Source: a virus
UHGV virus genome: UHGV-0258651
DNA: 11,755 nt
Reading direction: 5' to 3' (one strand)
Shown: piece after piece, positions 8,435-11,755 of the stretch
Layout: each line of letters starts with the position of its first letter
Numbering within the stretch: position 1 is the first letter of the stretch
Made by a program: the position numbers and the translations under genes
Notes under the pieces: generated by a model
What the model was told of the DNA's origin: nothing
The model's database searches: none
Seen by the model: the letters and a program-made list of their open reading frames with translations, nothing else

Positions 8435-8695
8435 ATGTTCCGTTGTCCGCTTTGTGGCGCATCTGCCCGTATCCGCACCAGTCGTCCGGAAAATGATTCA
8501 AACACTGTGCGACAAAAGTATTACCAGTGTAACAATCTGGAATGCGGCGTATGCTTCTCAACACTGGAAGCTTTCCATAAATTCACATCAAAACACGCCT
8601 CCGGCGTTCACTCTTCAGAAGGTATCCCGTGGCATGATCTGCCAGCTTCACACAGGGGAAACAATCAGATGAGTTTGCCTTTATCTCAGAATTAA
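8435..8695 (+). CDS. ogr: Ogr/Delta-family zinc-finger late transcription activator
   Basis: 86-aa ORF starting MFRCPLCGASARIRTSR...YYQCNNLECGVCF, a C-x2-C...C-x4-C zinc finger closely matching P2 Ogr (MFHCPLCQHAAHARTSR...). AAGGGAGG SD upstream; positioned immediately after D. Confidence 0.85.
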   Translation: MFRCPLCGASARIRTSRPENDSNTVRQKYYQCNNLECGVCFSTLEAFHKFTSKHASGVHSSEGIPWHDLPASHRGNNQMSLPLSQN

Positions 8696-8886
8696 CAGGC
8701 AGAATTGCCGGAGTAACAAAAAAGCGATAGATTACGCGCGGGTGCCTTTCGGCTGATGGTCGGAGGGAATACCCGAAGGCCAGATGTGGAAAGGCCCCGG
8801 AAAACATTTCTGTTTAACCGAGGCCCTAACATATCTACCTTAAGCAAGTGATAGGTTAGCGCCTCTCCAACAAAGGAGCAAGCGCT

Positions 8887-9027
8887 ATGTCGCAAAAATC
8901 GCTTACAGCCATCACATTCTGCGTGACGGTAATCCTCATCATCTGGATGCTGCACGGTTCGCTGTGCGAAATACGGATGAGCTTCTGGGGAGCGGAGTTT
9001 GCGGCGTTCTTACAGTGTAAGCAGTAA
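8887..9027 (+). CDS. Hok/Gef-family type I toxin (small membrane peptide)
   Basis: 46-aa ORF absent from the ORF track (below its size cutoff): MSQKSLTAITFCVTVILIIWMLHGSLCEIRMSFWGAEFAAFLQCKQ. It has a single hydrophobic helix followed by SLCEIR...AAFL.CK, matching HokA-type toxins (recalled HokA: ...FTWMIRDSLCELHIKQESYELAAFLACKLKE). AGGAG SD 8 nt upstream of the ATG. Confidence 0.7.
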   Translation: MSQKSLTAITFCVTVILIIWMLHGSLCEIRMSFWGAEFAAFLQCKQ

Positions 9028-9053
9028 GGAAACCGCGACGGGGAAGGCAACTT

Positions 9054-9072
9054 CCCCGTCAATCGGTTGCCA
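9054..9072. repeat. direct repeat copy A (CCCCGTCAATCGGTTGCCA), within about 45 bp of imperfect similarity
   Basis: 19-nt perfect match to 11221-11239. Flanking sequence is also similar (GAAGG.AAC.. upstream, CGAGGTCG downstream). Copy A is preceded by a 7-bp stem with GCAA tetraloop (9040-9057). Confidence 0.9.
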
Positions 9073-9116
9073 GGCGAGGTCGAAAAGGCACCCTATTCTC
9101 GCAGTCATGGACAAAC

Positions 9117-9151
9117 AAACCCGCAGCGTAAAAACTGCGGGTTTTCTTTTT
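9117..9151. terminator. rho-independent terminator, likely bidirectional
   Basis: aaa-CCCGCAG-cgtaaaaa-CTGCGGG-ttttcttttt: a 7-bp GC-rich stem with an A-run before and a T-run after, about 90 nt downstream of the hok-like stop. Confidence 0.6.
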
Positions 9152-9175
9152 GTTACCCTCATACGCGAGGGTAAC
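9152..9175. other. perfect 9-bp-stem hairpin (GTTACCCTC-atacgc-GAGGGTAAC)
   Basis: Perfect inverted repeat seen directly, immediately after the terminator. Function unknown. Confidence 0.5.
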
Positions 9176-9389
9176 ACTCAAAGTGAGGCAATATGTAGGC
9201 AACGGTTTTATTTAACACATAAAAATCAATGCATTAAATGGATATTTACTAGCATGGGTACTGGCTTAAAATATCACAACCCTGTTTTATAACGTACTGA
9301 ATTTATTAGGTGTGACGGTTTTCCAATGGGGCTTCCGACATTACGTTCAGCTGATGCTTTTCTTATGTAACGAGAAGACATATATTGGT

Positions 9390-9421
9390 AAGCGATGAAG
9401 CGATGAAGCGATGAAGCGATG
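9390..9421. repeat. tandem octamer repeat, 4 perfect copies of AAGCGATG
   Basis: aagcgatg x4 at 9390-9397, 9398-9405, 9406-9413 and 9414-9421, lying 98-129 nt upstream of the ATPase gene start. Confidence 0.95.
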
Positions 9422-9440
9422 AAACGTCTGTTTGGTTATA

Positions 9441-9485
9441 AACTTCACACTAATAATTTCTAAATGAAATTATTAGTGTGAAGTT
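9441..9485. promoter_or_regulatory. perfect palindrome (20-bp arms, 5-bp spacer), candidate operator or 5'-UTR structure of the ATPase gene
   Basis: AACTTCACACTAATAATTTC-taaat-GAAATTATTAGTGTGAAGTT; the arms are exact reverse complements. It ends 33 nt upstream of ATG 9519. The palindrome is certain; the regulatory role is inferred. Confidence 0.5.
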
Positions 9486-9518
9486 GATGTTTATTGTGAT
9501 TATAACTAAGGAATTAAA

Positions 9519-10988
9519 ATGAAATTATCTCCAGCAGAATTGAAGTTAGAAAGGGGTAAGGTTCAAGATAATAAATTCAATCAATATGTTAAACGTATCA
9601 CATTAAAAAATGTCAGAGGGTTTGATGAGGAAATTGTGGAGTTTAAAACACCAGTTACAGCTCTTATCGGGACTAATGGTGGAGGGAAGTCGACTATATT
9701 AGGTGCTGTAGCTCTCGCTTATAAAAATGTTAAGCCAAGCAAGTTTTTCCCTAAATCATTTTATGGGGATGATTCAATGAGTGATTGGGAAATTGGATTC
9801 GAATTGACTGACAAGCCTATTTCAAAAGATAAAAATATTAACAGGACTGCAAAATTTAAACAGATGAAATGGCGCAGAGATAATTTCCCAGAGCGAAATG
9901 TTGTATATGTAGAAATACAAAGAACTGTTCCTGCAGGCGAACTAACTAAGTTTAATAAATTTTTATCTGGCGATGCTAAACAATTTGAAGAAAAAAATCT
10001 CAACCCTGAGACAATAAAATATTGCTCTGCCGTTTTAGATAAAAAGATAGAAGATTACAGATGTATAATAAATAAGCACGATCCATCTTCAAGAATGTTT
10101 GTAGGTAAGGCAATTAATGGTTCTGGTTATTCTCAGTTCCATTTTGGTGCAGGTGAAGCATCAATAATAGATACTATTGATAGAATAGAGACTGCTGCTG
10201 ATAATTCTCTTGTTTTAATTGAAGAAATTGAAAATGGACTGCATCCTGTTGCAGTGCGGTTGTTTGTTAACTATTTGACAAATGTAGCAAAGAGGAAAAA
10301 GCTGCAAATAATATTTACAACACATTCGCAGGATGCAGTAAACGAGCTAGAGCCAGAAGCTGTTTGGGCTTCTATTAACAAAAAAGTATGGAATGGCAAA
10401 CTAAGTATTGAAAGTTTACGCGCTATAACGGGGCAGAAGATAAATTCGAAAGTTATATATGTTGAAGATTCTTTTGCAAAAGAGTGGGTTGAAAATGCGA
10501 TGGATCGATATATTCCAGAACTAGCCTCAACAATAAAAGTCTACACGGCAGGTGGTTACCCCAGCGTGGTTAAAGTAAGTCAATATCATAATGAGAACCC
10601 TACTATAAATTATCCATCAATCGCATTAGTTGATGGGGATATTAAAGGTAGACCCGGAACTAAAGATCTGCCTGATAATGCAATGTTCATCGGGGATGAT
10701 TATCCTGACGCTACGGTTTTTCATTATATTGCAAATAACATAGAAGAAAATGCCTCAGTTTTGAGGCAAAGATGTTTGTTAACAAGATTTGACGCTGAAA
10801 AGATTAAATCGGAAGTTGAGAGTGTGATGCATTCTGCATGTGATCACCATGTTTATTTTACTAGATTAAGTGATAAATTAGATTTTGCCTCAGAACTATT
10901 CATTCGGGCTGGTATGATAGATTTATTTAATGAGAAAAATCCAGAATTTTGGTCCCCAATTATGGACTTCATTAAAAAAGGTCTATAG
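9519..10988 (+). CDS. ABC-type (SMC/RecF/OLD-like) ATPase fused to a Toprim-like domain; candidate OLD/PARIS-like defence nuclease
   Basis: 489-aa ORF with AAGGA SD 6 nt upstream. Walker A GTNGGGKST (aa 51-59), Walker B/D-loop LVLIEEIENGLHP, H-loop IFTTHS. The C-terminal half has VIYVEDSF and IALVDGDIKG, acidic motifs typical of a Toprim fold. AT-rich, with its own upstream palindrome and downstream terminator. Confidence 0.6.
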   Translation: MKLSPAELKLERGKVQDNKFNQYVKRITLKNVRGFDEEIVEFKTPVTALIGTNGGGKSTILGAVALAYKNVKPSKFFPKSFYGDDSMSDWEIGFELTDKPISKDKNINRTAKFKQMKWRRDNFPERNVVYVEIQRTVPAGELTKFNKFLSGDAKQFEEKNLNPETIKYCSAVLDKKIEDYRCIINKHDPSSRMFVGKAINGSGYSQFHFGAGEASIIDTIDRIETAADNSLVLIEEIENGLHPVAVRLFVNYLTNVAKRKKLQIIFTTHSQDAVNELEPEAVWASINKKVWNGKLSIESLRAITGQKINSKVIYVEDSFAKEWVENAMDRYIPELASTIKVYTAGGYPSVVKVSQYHNENPTINYPSIALVDGDIKGRPGTKDLPDNAMFIGDDYPDATVFHYIANNIEENASVLRQRCLLTRFDAEKIKSEVESVMHSACDHHVYFTRLSDKLDFASELFIRAGMIDLFNEKNPEFWSPIMDFIKKGL

Positions 10989-11053
10989 TAATAATGCAAA
11001 AATATAATATTTAGTTTGCGATTTATATTTTTCATAATGAATTGTTGAGAAAA

Positions 11054-11090
11054 TAAGAGAGCATCGAAAATTGAGGCTCTCTTATTTTTA
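11054..11090 (+). terminator. rho-independent terminator of the ATPase gene
   Basis: TAAGAGAGC-atcgaaaattgag-GCTCTCTTA followed by TTTTTA: a 9-bp stem plus T-run, 66 nt after the stop at 10988. Confidence 0.6.
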
Positions 11091-11148
11091 TGAGATATCT
11101 CTAATGTATTAATCGTTTTATTTTGGCGCTACCACCACTGATGCTAAC

Positions 11149-11535
11149 TTGTCGATCAGACATTCGCACTATTCAATATCTTTTAGGCTCCGCAATGAAA
11201 ACGCCCCCGAAGGAACAATCCCCCGTCAATCGGTTGCCAAAGGCCATTTAGGTAAATCGCCTTCGAGGTCGTTCGATGGCTGCATGACGTTCCCGGTTAT
11301 CCCGTCAAAGAAAATGCACTCGACCGGAAAACCAGAAGAACTAATGGCGGAGTTGCTCAGGACTGCGAATAGTGGCGGAACAGTCCTTGATCCTTTTATG
11401 GGGCCAGGGACAACGGGTGTGGCTGCACTGAAAGCAGGGCGAAAATTTATTGGTATAGAAACCAGTGATCATTATTTTGAGGTAGCAGCGCAGCGGCTTC
11501 GGGGGACTATTACCACAACCATTTCAGCTACATAA
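11149..11535 (+). pseudogene. DNA methyltransferase (beta-class N6A/N4C type) 3' fragment, 5'-truncated
   Basis: The C-terminal roughly 75 aa of the 128-aa ORF read HSTGKPEELMAELLRTANSGGTVLDPFMGPGTTGVAALKAGRKFIGIETSDHYFEVAAQRL, the conserved end (H-x-T-x-KP ... DPF.G.GTT, motif I) of PF01555-type methylases. The catalytic DPPY motif and the preceding roughly 180 aa expected upstream are absent; the upstream sequence is AT-rich and non-coding. Confidence 0.5.
11221..11239. repeat. direct repeat copy B (CCCCGTCAATCGGTTGCCA)
   Basis: 19-nt perfect match to 9054-9072. It sits at the 5' junction of the methyltransferase remnant. Confidence 0.9.
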
Positions 11536-11540
11536 GACAA

Positions 11541-11562
11541 AGCCCGCATTTTTTTGCGGGCT
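11541..11562. other. stem-loop (AGCCCGCA-tttttt-TGCGGGCT) just after the methyltransferase-fragment stop; weak terminator candidate
   Basis: 8-bp stem seen directly. The downstream tract is only moderately T-rich on either strand. Confidence 0.35.
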
Positions 11563-11635
11563 TGTCTATCATTACTGATGTGGACAGTTTGTGGATGTTT
11601 ATAAGAAATAAGCTAATAGAAACAATTTGTTAGCT

Positions 11636-11663
11636 TTACAAAAAACGCGCCCGAAGGCGCGTT
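11636..11663 (-). terminator. rho-independent terminator for the convergent minus-strand gene
   Basis: Minus strand reads AACGCGCC-ttcg-GGCGCGTT followed by TTTTTTGT (plus-strand A-run 11637-11645), starting 24 nt after the minus-strand stop codon at 11689..11687. Confidence 0.6.
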
Positions 11664-11686
11664 GGCGATACACTCAATATAAAGGA

Positions 11687-11755
11687 CTACTCTTCTTCAA
11701 CTTCTTCGACGAAGTTGGCGTCTTTCACCGATGTTGCGGCACGACGTGCTTCGCC
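11687..11755 (-). CDS. 3' end of an unidentified minus-strand gene (probably flanking chromosomal gene); 5' part outside window
   Basis: Minus-strand frame is open from the window edge and translates to ...GEARRAATSVKDANFVEEVEEE, with stop TAG at 11689..11687 and a terminator directly downstream. I do not recognise the family. Confidence 0.45.
   Translation of the reverse strand, partial: GEARRAATSVKDANFVEEVEEE

Noticed and set aside
8454-8672. 72-aa plus-strand ORF overlapping ogr in another frame
   Set aside because: The Ogr frame carries the zinc-finger signature and a strong SD; the alternative frame has neither.
8583-9292. Track ORFs around the hok-like gene: minus-strand 8583-8807, 8692-8955 and 8856-9062, and plus-strand 8999-9292
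   Set aside because: They lack RBSs, and 8999-9292 runs through the hok 3' hairpin, the terminator and a second hairpin. An antisense RNA may well exist here, but these are not credible protein genes.
9274-9381. Possible 35-codon minus-strand ORF beginning just downstream (on the minus strand) of the octamer repeats
   Set aside because: No SD and no recognisable features; more likely chance in AT-rich spacer DNA.
9390-9421. Tandem octamer repeat as a possible CRISPR array
   Set aside because: The units are directly adjacent 8-mers with no spacers and far too short for CRISPR repeats; no cas genes are present.
9761-11035. Minus-strand ORFs 9761-10003 (80 aa) and 10853-11035 (60 aa) overlapping the ATPase gene
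   Set aside because: Antisense ORFs in AT-rich coding sequence; the latter also crosses the gene's terminator region.
9035-11280. Direct repeat as a tRNA 3' end or attachment core (GGTCGAAAAGG / GTTCGATGG resemble a T-loop)
   Set aside because: No acceptor-stem or anticodon-arm structure could be built by eye and there is no adjacent integrase; kept only as an unexplained repeat.

Overview
This window reads as the tail end of a P2-like myovirus prophage (or prophage remnant) plus AT-rich accessory cargo. All calls rest on reading the sequence and recalled family motifs; no database search was run. From left to right: the C-terminal end of a tail fiber assembly gene (+); an AT-rich GT9-like glycosyltransferase moron (+); then, on the minus strand, a GC-rich block of gpU, tape measure gpT, chaperone E with its E+E' -1 frameshift extension, tail tube FII and tail sheath FI; then gpD and the Ogr zinc-finger late activator on the plus strand. 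The FI-to-U block is therefore inverted relative to canonical P2 synteny. Downstream of ogr lies a small accessory island: an unannotated 46-aa Hok/Gef-like type I toxin ORF, a bidirectional terminator, a 4x tandem octamer and a perfect 20-bp-arm palindrome, and an AT-rich 489-aa protein combining an ABC-type ATPase with a Toprim-like C-terminal domain. That protein (OLD/PARIS-like) is the strongest candidate for an uncharacterised anti-phage defence gene. It is bracketed by an imperfect direct repeat and followed by a 5'-truncated DNA methyltransferase remnant and the 3' end of a convergent minus-strand gene. No integrase, transposase, tRNA or CRISPR array was seen.
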